From NCBI GenBank assembly GCA_045538895.1, contig JAZQEH010000028.1, positions 1,882 to 65,881 on the forward strand: DNA of 64,000 nt. Direction: 5' to 3'. The position numbers were made by a program, and so were the translations under genes. Shown here one piece after another: positions 56,160 through 64,000 of the stretch. Position 1 is the stretch's first letter; each line of letters opens with the position of its first letter. The notes under the pieces are model-generated. The model did not search any database and was not told the origin of the DNA. It worked only from the letters and a program-made list of their open reading frames with translations. Source of the stretch: Eubacteriales bacterium. Lineage in GTDB: Bacteria > Bacillota > Clostridia > Oscillospirales > CAG-272.

Positions 56160-56188
56160 TTGACATGGGCTTTTTTTTACCTTAAAAT
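56160..56188 (+). promoter_or_regulatory. Sigma-A promoter abutting the radical SAM start codon (leaderless candidate)
   Basis: TTGACA-17 nt-TAAAAT, with only agacct (6 nt) between the -10 and the ATG at 56195. No SD. Confidence 0.55.
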
Positions 56189-56194
56189 AGACCT

Positions 56195-57034
56195 ATGAAA
56201 CGTTTTTATAAGATTTATCTCGAAATATCAAATGTATGCAATTTGCATTGCTCATTCTGCCCCGGTACAAAACGCAAACCAAAGATTATGAGTGAGGGTG
56301 AATTTGCATTTATTCTGCCGCGCATTAAGCCATACACCGATTATCTGTACTTTCATCTCATGGGTGAGCCGCTCTGCCATCCGTTGCTCGAAAGTTTTTT
56401 AAGCATTGCAGAAAAACACGGCTTCAAGGTGATACTGACAACCAACGGCACCCTCCTCAAAGAGAGAAAAAAGCTTCTGCTTAATTCTGCCGCTTTGCAT
56501 AAAGTTAACATTTCGCTTCATGCGTTTGAGGCAAACGACCTTGCTATGCCGTTTTCGGAATATCTTGACGGCTGTTTTGAATTTGGAAAGGAAGCAGAGG
56601 GGAAAAAGCTTACCGTATACCGTCTGTGGAACGGCGGCGGTGCCAATGCGAAAAACGGTGAAATAACAGCCGCTATTGAAAAGCACTTTCCAAAGCCGTG
56701 GAAAGCAAGCCGAGGTAGCGAAAGAATCGGTGACAAAGTTTTCCTTGAATACGGTGAAAAGTTTGACTGGCCAAGCCTTGATGCCACCGACGGTGGCGAA
56801 AAAATGTTTTGCTACGGGCTACGTGACCAGATTGGTATTCTCGCTGACGGGCGCGTTGTACCCTGCTGCCTTGACCATGACGGCAACATCACCCTTGGAA
56901 ACATTTTTGAAGAAGATTTGGAAACAATAATCAATTCCCCGCGTGCTAAAGCTATTCTTGACGGCTTCAGTTGCGGTAAAGCAACCGAGGAGTTATGCCG
57001 CAAGTGCGGATATGCGCATGCGAGATTTAAATAG
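56195..57034 (+). CDS. Radical SAM protein with C-terminal SPASM-like Cys cluster
   Basis: CNLHCSFCPG (CxxxCxxC). C-terminal VVPCCLDHDGN...CRKCGY. Confidence 0.8.
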   Translation: MKRFYKIYLEISNVCNLHCSFCPGTKRKPKIMSEGEFAFILPRIKPYTDYLYFHLMGEPLCHPLLESFLSIAEKHGFKVILTTNGTLLKERKKLLLNSAALHKVNISLHAFEANDLAMPFSEYLDGCFEFGKEAEGKKLTVYRLWNGGGANAKNGEITAAIEKHFPKPWKASRGSERIGDKVFLEYGEKFDWPSLDATDGGEKMFCYGLRDQIGILADGRVVPCCLDHDGNITLGNIFEEDLETIINSPRAKAILDGFSCGKATEELCRKCGYAHARFK

Positions 57035-57050
57035 ATGCAAATTAATAATT

Positions 57051-57187
57051 GTCAGAACCTTTTAAGGAAAGGTTCCGACACCTCCAAACCTTTTTTAAAA
57101 AAGGTTATTGTGTAGCCATGGCTGAATTTATATTTTTTACAGTTTTTCTTTGGTTCTTTCTTCGTGGAGAAAGAACGCCTTCGTTTC
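57051..57187 (-). repeat. Intergenic repeat element, copy B (inverted relative to 30494-30629)
   Basis: The reverse complement aligns with copy A over about 135 nt. The three hairpin stems are conserved while the loop sequences differ. Confidence 0.8.
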
Positions 57188-57189
57188 TC

Positions 57190-57240
57190 CCATAAACAAC
57201 ACAAAGCCTTGCAAATCCTTTTGGATTTGCAAGGCTTTGT
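57190..57240 (-). terminator. Terminator after the SLH protein gene
   Basis: 18-bp perfect stem acaaagccttgcaaatcc / ggatttgcaaggctttgt with a 4-nt loop, 5 nt after the stop at 57246. Confidence 0.7.
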
Positions 57241-57245
57241 TTATT

Positions 57246-60200
57246 TTACCATCTGTCGGTAATTGTTACGATTTCTGCGGAGATAAGCTTGAGTGCGTTT
57301 GCTCCGATATCGAAGGTAACAGTCGTTGCATTACCCTTAAGCGGAATCGGAATATACGTTGCATCAACTGCATTTGCATACACTGTATCGCCGGTCTTGT
57401 AGAAAGGAATGGTTGCATAGGTCTCACCGTTCCATGTCATGGGAACGTCAACCGTACGTGCAACGGGATTTGCGAAATACACCTTGAGGTATGTTTCTTT
57501 ACCTGTTGATTCCTTTGCACTGCCGCTGATAGATGCAGTAATAATATTACTGTCACCGGAGAGAGTAACCTTTGGTGACTCAACCTTTTCCTCTGCACGG
57601 ACAACAACTATGTCATCAAGGCATGCGTATTTGAACTCGCTCGTGCCTGCTGCTACAGACATACCTATTTCCATGGTGGGAGCGGTTGCAGTGAAAATAA
57701 ACGTGCGGAGTACATAGAAGTCGGGGGAATTAACGGTAACAAAAGGATATGCGGTTGCACCCACTTCTCTTGCAAAGAGGTGTGCGGTGGTCTTTGTGCT
57801 TGCATTGATGTATGCAGTAACCTTGTACTGTGCACCGACGGTAAGACCGTTTACAGTTGTGTAAACGCTGTTTTCATCAGATGCGGAGCCGTTAACCTGT
57901 GCCGCATATTTACCTGTGTAGAAGTTCTTGCTTACTGCTGCGTTACCCTTTGCAGTGAATATACCGAGAGTACCGCTTTCAAAATCTTCACCGATAACAG
58001 ACTTTGCCTCGTAAACACGGTACTTGGGAATGTAATAATTATTACCCATTATGTAGCCGCCATTTTCGACGAGAATCTTTTCAAAGTTTGCCTGATACAT
58101 CTTTACGATATCGGTAATAAGAATACGCTTGGGGAGATTTTCTGCGTGCATCCAGTACTGCGACTTGTCAGCAAGTTCGGGAAGAATATCGTTTACAATA
58201 ACACCCTTACCGTCCTGATAAATCATTTCGTTGATAATGGGCTTTGCATTATCTTCGAGATTTTCCCATCCCTGCATTACGCCGATAATACCAAGGGCAC
58301 TTGCTGCAGCACTTTCGCCGCCGTGACCTGCAAGACCGATAATCTTACATGTTTCCTCATAACCGCCGTTTGCATAAAGAAGTGCAAGCGTCATGATAGG
58401 ACCGTTAATGGAGTTTTCGCTCATGCGTTCACGGTTGTAATGTTCACGGAGGAGTTTAGAGTCTGCCTCAATTACGGACTTGCGCCAATCATCGGGATAC
58501 TTTGCAAAAAGCTTGAAGCATTCGTCAATGAGCTTGTACTCATAAGAATCTGCGGGGAGCATGCTCTGTGCCTTGCGGATAAGCGTGGGGATATCCTTTT
58601 CAAAATATGCCATTGCATACATTGCAGAGAGATACTTTGCCCACGGAGTTGCATCCGAGTCTGCTACGTTGCTACTGAACATTGCGGTAAGGTCAAACGC
58701 AACGTTAGGCATGCCGGCTGCATCCATACCGAGGGTTTCGTTTTCAATAATAGGCTCGCCGATGGTTGAATAAAGGTTGCCGAACTCTGCAGTGCCGGTA
58801 AAGGGGGGCATGTAGCCGAGGTGTGCGGAAAGGCCGTATGCACCGGTTGAACGGTGACCGCCGCCCATATCCCACTGATTGTAGCCAACCCATGCATTCT
58901 GGATAGCGTCAGAGGTTACAATGCCGTACTTTGCATAGGAATCACGGATAACGTACTGATTGAGAATATCAATGGAATAGTCATCGTCAGTCCATACTTC
59001 CCAGAGCTTTGTTTCTTCATTGAAAAGAAGATGGTCGGCATGCTTGTTGTTTTCGTTAGGCTCGGCATAGGGGCCTTTGAGCAAGCCCGCATACCACTCG
59101 TCGGGAAGTGCTACCATGGGAACACCGTTTTTATAAACGTGCTCGTAGCCGGTAAGTACGCCTACAAGATTTGCCATAAAGCCGGAGAGAGTTTTGTCAT
59201 AATACTCACTCTTGGTTATAATGTTAAAACCTGTGGGGTCTGCGGGAACGTCAGGGTTTACCGTTTCATCGGGGAGTTGCGGCATGTCGGGCTGAGGCTT
59301 TACTGCGGAAAAGGCTGCCGAAGCAGCCTTGTCAAGAGAGTCAGAAGCGAATACACCTGCATTAATCAGGTTTGTGGCAACAAGATTGCCGTCTTTTGCG
59401 GTGGAATACAGCGTATTGAAGAAGATTTCAAACGCAGCACCGCGGTTAAAGCTTGCAGCTGCAGAAGCAGTTGCAGTCATGCCAATCTTATTTGCAAGTG
59501 TGAAAGGATTGTTCCATACGAACTCGCCTGCTTTATCGCTGTAACCGATTGCACGGAGCAAAAGTGTAAGTGTCTGTGCTTCGTCAACCTTGCCGTTGGG
59601 GTCGAAGGTTGTAGCACTTCTACCGCTTGTAATGCCGTTAGCATACGCATAACCGATGTAGTTACTTGCCCAAGCAGGAACGTCGGTAAAGGGATGCGGG
59701 AAGTTGCCTGCCTTAACCTCTGCTTCCTTACCGAGGAAACGGATAACCTGTACTACAGATTCTGCACGGGTAAGGCTACCCTCTTCATCAAAGTTAATGC
59801 TGCCGTCCTTGTTTGTGCCCTTGCCGGCAAGAAGACCGAGTTGATTGAGGAAAACCGCACTCTTGTATCCGCCGGAAATAGCAGGCTTTGTAAATGCAGG
59901 AGCCACGGGAGGCTCTTCCTCTTCTTTATACTTTTCAACGTTGTCAAAAATAGAAGCGATTGACGAGAAATTGGAGCGGCGCTCTATCTTCTCGGAAACA
60001 ACAAGTGTGGTTTCACCCTCAAAAGTAAGCTTCTTTGCAGGTGTATAACGGCAATCCCATTCTACGATGTCACCGAAAGTACCTGAAAGCCAAGTGAGAG
60101 AGATTGCACCAACGGTAACATTAGCGGTGCCACCGTAGAATGTGTTGACGTGTGCATTGTCGGTAACGGTAATATTTACGTCACCGAGAACAGAGCCGTC

Positions 60201-60911
60201 GCCGTCAGAGGTACAGTGAAGTGTACCGATTTCAGCATTGCCGCCGATATGGATGTTTGCAGTACCTGTAAACGTGCCCTCAAACTCACGGTTAAAAGCA
60301 ACGATGTAATACTTGCTACCAGAAAGAACAGTGATATTTATGTCCTTGTCATCGAAAAGCGGAGGATTGTTAACGCTGTTCTGATAACCGCCGATAATAG
60401 CGATACTTGTCTTTACCTTGCTGCCGGTAAGACCTTCACCGGTAATGGTAATGCCCTCGCCCATAGTAAGAGGATTGTGATTTGCTACAACAAGCCATCT
60501 TTTGCCCGTTGCATTGAGATTGATGTTTTCAAAGGTGGTAGGACCGTTACAAACAAAGTGACCGGATGCACCGATATTGATGCAGGCGCCTGCGGTCTGG
60601 CGGTAGTCAACACCGTCGAAAACGCTGGTAATTGTAACAGCACCCTTATAAGCTTCACCGTAGTTGTACATCTTTGTAAGGTCGGTAGGACCGCAAACTA
60701 CGATAGTACCGCCCTCGCTAAGGTCAAGCGCCTCAAACGCATCCTGCCACGTGCCTACAGGATCGTCGGCTCTTGCACCGCTACCGTACGCACCACCGCT
60801 AAGGTAAACCTCAGAATAGTACTCTGCGGCGTTTGCTACGCTTGCAAATGCAAAAAGCATAAGCACAGTAACCGTTAAGCATGTAAGGATCTTAAAGAAC
60901 TGTTTTTTCAT
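57246..60911 (-). CDS. 1221-aa secreted SLH-anchored protein: beta-helix-like module, three SLH repeats, degenerate ADP-ribosylglycohydrolase-like domain (tentative), CBM-like C-terminal domains
   Basis: Signal peptide. N-terminal module GGAYGSGARADDPVGTWQDAFEAL..GGTIVV...VTITSVFDGVDYR is the same type as in the giant protein. SLH motif FTDVPAWASNYIGYAYANGITSG. GHGGESAAASALGIIGVMQG resembles the ARH C-terminal motif without its Asp residues. Confidence 0.8.
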   Translation of the reverse strand: MKKQFFKILTCLTVTVLMLFAFASVANAAEYYSEVYLSGGAYGSGARADDPVGTWQDAFEALDLSEGGTIVVCGPTDLTKMYNYGEAYKGAVTITSVFDGVDYRQTAGACINIGASGHFVCNGPTTFENINLNATGKRWLVVANHNPLTMGEGITITGEGLTGSKVKTSIAIIGGYQNSVNNPPLFDDKDINITVLSGSKYYIVAFNREFEGTFTGTANIHIGGNAEIGTLHCTSDGDGSVLGDVNITVTDNAHVNTFYGGTANVTVGAISLTWLSGTFGDIVEWDCRYTPAKKLTFEGETTLVVSEKIERRSNFSSIASIFDNVEKYKEEEEPPVAPAFTKPAISGGYKSAVFLNQLGLLAGKGTNKDGSINFDEEGSLTRAESVVQVIRFLGKEAEVKAGNFPHPFTDVPAWASNYIGYAYANGITSGRSATTFDPNGKVDEAQTLTLLLRAIGYSDKAGEFVWNNPFTLANKIGMTATASAAASFNRGAAFEIFFNTLYSTAKDGNLVATNLINAGVFASDSLDKAASAAFSAVKPQPDMPQLPDETVNPDVPADPTGFNIITKSEYYDKTLSGFMANLVGVLTGYEHVYKNGVPMVALPDEWYAGLLKGPYAEPNENNKHADHLLFNEETKLWEVWTDDDYSIDILNQYVIRDSYAKYGIVTSDAIQNAWVGYNQWDMGGGHRSTGAYGLSAHLGYMPPFTGTAEFGNLYSTIGEPIIENETLGMDAAGMPNVAFDLTAMFSSNVADSDATPWAKYLSAMYAMAYFEKDIPTLIRKAQSMLPADSYEYKLIDECFKLFAKYPDDWRKSVIEADSKLLREHYNRERMSENSINGPIMTLALLYANGGYEETCKIIGLAGHGGESAAASALGIIGVMQGWENLEDNAKPIINEMIYQDGKGVIVNDILPELADKSQYWMHAENLPKRILITDIVKMYQANFEKILVENGGYIMGNNYYIPKYRVYEAKSVIGEDFESGTLGIFTAKGNAAVSKNFYTGKYAAQVNGSASDENSVYTTVNGLTVGAQYKVTAYINASTKTTAHLFAREVGATAYPFVTVNSPDFYVLRTFIFTATAPTMEIGMSVAAGTSEFKYACLDDIVVVRAEEKVESPKVTLSGDSNIITASISGSAKESTGKETYLKVYFANPVARTVDVPMTWNGETYATIPFYKTGDTVYANAVDATYIPIPLKGNATTVTFDIGANALKLISAEIVTITDRW

Positions 60912-60937
60912 ACAATTTCCTCTTTTCTATGTTTCTT

Positions 60938-62395
60938 TTATTTTATATTATTTGTAAACTGCTCGTTTATCTGAGAAACAAGGTTCTCGGCAGTAAGTCT
61001 GTTCTTTTCATACAATACTGAAAGCGAATTTCCTCTTTCAAGGATATAACCAATCTCGTCCTTGTATCCGCCAACGTTGTAATAAACGCCAACGTCATAG
61101 ACTCTTGTATCGAAAATCAAGTCAAGCATTGCGGAGCTTTCTGCATCACGCACATACTTACCCTGAAGTGTTTTTTCGTAATATGCCGCCGTAAGCCCAT
61201 CCGCACCGTTCTTGGCAAGCTCCTCTACAACATATCCGCTTCGCTTTACATTATCTACAAGCAAAGGAATACAGAGAAACTGCGAGTGCCATGCACTTAC
61301 GTAGTGACCGTACTCGTCCTGATTTGTATCGTATTTCGGAAAAGGAAGAATACCGAAGTTTGTGTCGATTTCACGGAGGAAATCGGTGTATGACAGCATG
61401 TGGAAGTAGAAAAGTGCTCTGTCATTATTGAACATAGCCACACGTTCTTCATTGGAAGCCTGGTCGCCCGAAGCACCGGTAATGTAATTGTACTTCCAGT
61501 TGAAAGTATGCGTATCATCGTCAACGATGTCAAGATATCTCGCATAGAGATTATCGACACGCTCGTTATAAAGTGTGAGTTCTATCTTTCCGTTTTCGTT
61601 TACGGTACAAATCTTTTCACCTGCCGCCGCAAGAATAGCAAGATTGTTGTCACGTGCAGAAAGAAGACCGAACGTATCGTTTTTATCGTATACACCGTCA
61701 TTGTTGTTATCGGCACCGACCTGCTTTACCATAGAGCCGAACTTTTCAAGCGTCCAGTTGCCGCTCTTTACAAGGTCATACGGATTATCCATGCCGTAAT
61801 CTTCAATCATCTCTTTATTGAAGAACAAAGCATGGGTGCTTCTGTTGTCAACAACCGAGATGTCACCGGTAGTGTAATACATCTGGCCGTTGATTGCAAG
61901 GTCTGCCGTTGCTTTCTGGTCCCAGTGTGCCTCTTCAAGATTAATATACGGCACAGAGTTAAGGTCCTGCAAAAAACCGTTCAAAGCAAGCATTGCAACG
62001 TCGTATGTACCGATCATTGCGGCATCGTACGTAGGTGTACCGCTTATCACGTTAGTATAGATCTTCTGAAATCCCGTACCCTGCCCCATTGCGGTGCCAA
62101 AGCCGATAAATTCATCGGTAAGAACGCTCACGCCGTATTCATTCTCGATTTTCTTGTTACGTTCGTAAATTGCAATATCAACGAGTGCTTCGGAATTTTC
62201 ATCGGCTGAAAAATCGTTCCACTCCTGATTGCCCGCCACAATAAAACGGAACTCGCCGGATATATCACCGATTTGCGGCTCTAAGTCAACGGCAGAGGTT
62301 GTAACAACATCATTGGTTGATTCTGCAGTCCCGCATGAGGAAAGCAACGCACAAACCGTAAGAGAAGCCAAAGCTAACGCTAAAAACTTTCGCAT
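60938..62395 (-). CDS. ABC transporter solute-binding lipoprotein (large family-1 type)
   Basis: Lipobox LLSSC. 485 aa. No permease or ATPase genes adjacent. Confidence 0.7.
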   Translation of the reverse strand: MRKFLALALASLTVCALLSSCGTAESTNDVVTTSAVDLEPQIGDISGEFRFIVAGNQEWNDFSADENSEALVDIAIYERNKKIENEYGVSVLTDEFIGFGTAMGQGTGFQKIYTNVISGTPTYDAAMIGTYDVAMLALNGFLQDLNSVPYINLEEAHWDQKATADLAINGQMYYTTGDISVVDNRSTHALFFNKEMIEDYGMDNPYDLVKSGNWTLEKFGSMVKQVGADNNNDGVYDKNDTFGLLSARDNNLAILAAAGEKICTVNENGKIELTLYNERVDNLYARYLDIVDDDTHTFNWKYNYITGASGDQASNEERVAMFNNDRALFYFHMLSYTDFLREIDTNFGILPFPKYDTNQDEYGHYVSAWHSQFLCIPLLVDNVKRSGYVVEELAKNGADGLTAAYYEKTLQGKYVRDAESSAMLDLIFDTRVYDVGVYYNVGGYKDEIGYILERGNSLSVLYEKNRLTAENLVSQINEQFTNNIK

Positions 62396-62533
62396 TCAAA
62401 TACCTTTATCCGCAGTCTGGATTTGCAAGAAGCATACTGCTATGCTTTTATAGTATCACAACAGCAACAGTTCATTCAACAAAGGGGTTTTAAAAAACAA
62501 ATTTTTGATAGAAATATTGTGATTTTTGTAATG

Positions 62534-63301
62534 CTATCTATGTTTTTTTCTCCATTCGTCGGGAGAGCAGCCCTCGCTTTTGACAAACGTGCGATACAGA
62601 TTTATATAGCTGCCAAAGCCGCATTCGATGCTGATACTGTATAGCGAACTTTCTGAATTCTGCAAAAGCTGCTTCGCCATGCCTATTTTTATATCTGTAA
62701 TATATGCATGCGGAGGTTTCCCCGTTTCTTTTTTGAATATACTGATAATGTGATTTTTGCTATACCCACAGCGTGCCGCGATCGCTTCAAGCGAAAACGG
62801 GCGGCGGATATCTCTGGTTACCTCTGAAATAACCTTTGCAACAACCTCGTTAGAGCTGCCTTTATCCTGATGCCTTTTCAAAAGCGATAGAATTTTATAG
62901 AAGACCGCAGATTTTTCAATCATGCTTGCACCGGTCATACGCAAAGTTTCAAGTTCATTGAAATAAGGAAAAAGCTCGGCAAAATCAACTTTACCCCGAA
63001 TAGGCAGGGACTCCTCCTCGTCGGCAGTATATTCGCAGTCGGTCCACTGTATAAAAAAGTATTTCGGGGAATCGCTTTCAAGCAACCCCTCCTGCAAAAG
63101 CCCATGCCGCTGAATATAATACTCACCTGCATGCACTTCAACAGGCACACCGTCTTCGCGAAAACGAAGTACCCCCTCAAAAACCATTACAAGCACGTCC
63201 CACTTGTAAACTCTCGTCAGGTGTCTTTCGTGCTTTTCAAAATATCTGAAAGAGGAGTAAGCGTAAAGCGGTAATTTTTTCAAAGAAAGTCTTTTTTTCA
63301 T
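62534..63301 (-). CDS. AraC-family transcription regulator
   Basis: Cupin-like N-terminal domain. C-terminal double HTH (LEAIAARCGYSKNHIISIFKKETGKPPHAYITDIKI...IECGFGSYINLYRTF). Confidence 0.88.
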   Translation of the reverse strand: MKKRLSLKKLPLYAYSSFRYFEKHERHLTRVYKWDVLVMVFEGVLRFREDGVPVEVHAGEYYIQRHGLLQEGLLESDSPKYFFIQWTDCEYTADEEESLPIRGKVDFAELFPYFNELETLRMTGASMIEKSAVFYKILSLLKRHQDKGSSNEVVAKVISEVTRDIRRPFSLEAIAARCGYSKNHIISIFKKETGKPPHAYITDIKIGMAKQLLQNSESSLYSISIECGFGSYINLYRTFVKSEGCSPDEWRKKHR

Positions 63302-64000
63302 ATAATCCCCCTTTCTGCATAATTATAGCACACCTTTTCTGCAATGTAAATAAAAACATCAAAGCCGTTGTCGGCTTTGATGTTCAGGATAATCATAATT
63401 GAGTTCAATACGTCTTTTATATCTAACACCGCATCGTTTGACGAATCTGCCGCAGCTTTATCTATAACAACGTTTTCACCTGTTATATAGCGTACCGTCC
63501 GCAAAACGTCAAGCAATGCAACTTCTCCGTCTGCAGTAGCATCACCGTACTGCACAATACTCTTTTCGCATATTGCGTAAATGCCGTCCGTATCGGCGGT
63601 GAATGAAATCGTGCCGTTTTCGCAAGTGTGCGGAATCTCTACAAGAAAGTCACCGTCGACACGGTAAACCGTGCCGCAGTCAGCGAACTCGTACCATATT
63701 TTGCCGCTTTGCACCTCAATAAGCGAAAAACGTGTATCCCCTGCCCTTGCAGCAACGCTTTCATAAACGTCGCCCTCAAAAACTTCGGTTATACCGGCAA
63801 GTTTCTTTATAAGCGTATCAAGGTTAAGCACGCCATAGCCGTAATACACGTCATATCCGGCGTCACCGTAATCGGTTACGGTTTGTTTCAGCAACTCAAG
63901 AAAACCGTCGCCGTCAAGTGAATCATCCGCCTGTTTTGCTATTGCCGCTGCTGCGGCAACAACCGGGCTTGCATAAGACGTTCCGCTATCAATCCAATAG
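63298..64000 (-). CDS. 3' part of a subtilisin-like (S8) serine protease with C-terminal dockerin (5' end outside window)
   Basis: The frame stays open to the window edge and reads YWIDSGTSYASPVVAAAAAIAK (catalytic Ser motif GTSxAxP), then YGYGVLNL. The C-terminal dockerin-like pair is GDATADGEVALLDVL / DSSNDAVLDIKDVL. The track start at 63894 is an internal TTG. Confidence 0.8.
   Translation of the reverse strand, partial: YWIDSGTSYASPVVAAAAAIAKQADDSLDGDGFLELLKQTVTDYGDAGYDVYYGYGVLNLDTLIKKLAGITEVFEGDVYESVAARAGDTRFSLIEVQSGKIWYEFADCGTVYRVDGDFLVEIPHTCENGTISFTADTDGIYAICEKSIVQYGDATADGEVALLDVLRTVRYITGENVVIDKAAADSSNDAVLDIKDVLNSIMIILNIKADNGFDVFIYIAEKVCYNYAERGII

Overview
A 64-kb chromosomal segment, almost fully coding, that looks like an anaerobic Firmicutes/Clostridia genome. 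The dockerin modules, SLH repeats, Rnf complex and Thr-rich linkers suggest an Oscillospiraceae/Ruminococcus-like fibre degrader; this is a guess from gene content, not a search result. No rRNA, tRNA, CRISPR array, transposase or integrase was seen.

Gene blocks, left to right:
- 1-3 kb: tail of a SpoU methylase gene, then a cytoplasmic GH20 hexosaminidase paired with a NahK-like kinase.
- 3.1-9.6 kb: an uncharacterised operon (Mor-like DNA-binding protein, tiny membrane protein, three zinc-ribbon proteins), next to a membrane pseudokinase-like Ser/Thr kinase and an HTH protein.
- 9.7-18.3 kb: rnfCDGEAB, then NusG-II, Gx-transporter, a duplicated FMN-bind-like lipoprotein and ApbE.
- 18.5-29 kb: a PBP-LuxR regulator divergent from a 2320-aa dockerin protein (six beta-helix-like modules, SGNH esterase, VanY/M15B peptidase), followed by a signal-less 718-aa paralog.
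- 29-31.6 kb: an SPFH protein with three zinc ribbons, and trxB.
- 31.7-44.9 kb (most interesting block): a SARP-type regulator fused to a degenerate GGDEF domain that keeps its I-site; a transglutaminase-like lipoprotein; a compact type-IV-pilus-like set (PilC, four small membrane proteins, PilT-type ATPase only); a convergent sortase B plus vWFA/CnaB adhesin (VPKTG) operon led by a c-di-GMP-I (GEMM-I) riboswitch; and a PAS-GGDEF cyclase with a pseudo-receiver HD-GYP phosphodiesterase.
- 44.9-57 kb: sugar and amino-acid ABC transporters, a MATE pump, GH43, and a probably leaderless radical SAM/SPASM gene.
- 57.2-64 kb: an SLH-anchored 1221-aa protein, an SBP, an AraC regulator and a partial S8 protease with dockerin.

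Non-coding oddities:
- a ~135-nt intergenic repeat present at two loci;
- a GC-rich structured island with AT-rich terminal inverted repeats, sitting between two divergent promoters;
- a pair of identical 27-nt hairpins bracketing a structured spacer.

All calls come from reading the sequence and ORF translations by eye. No database or covariance-model search was run.
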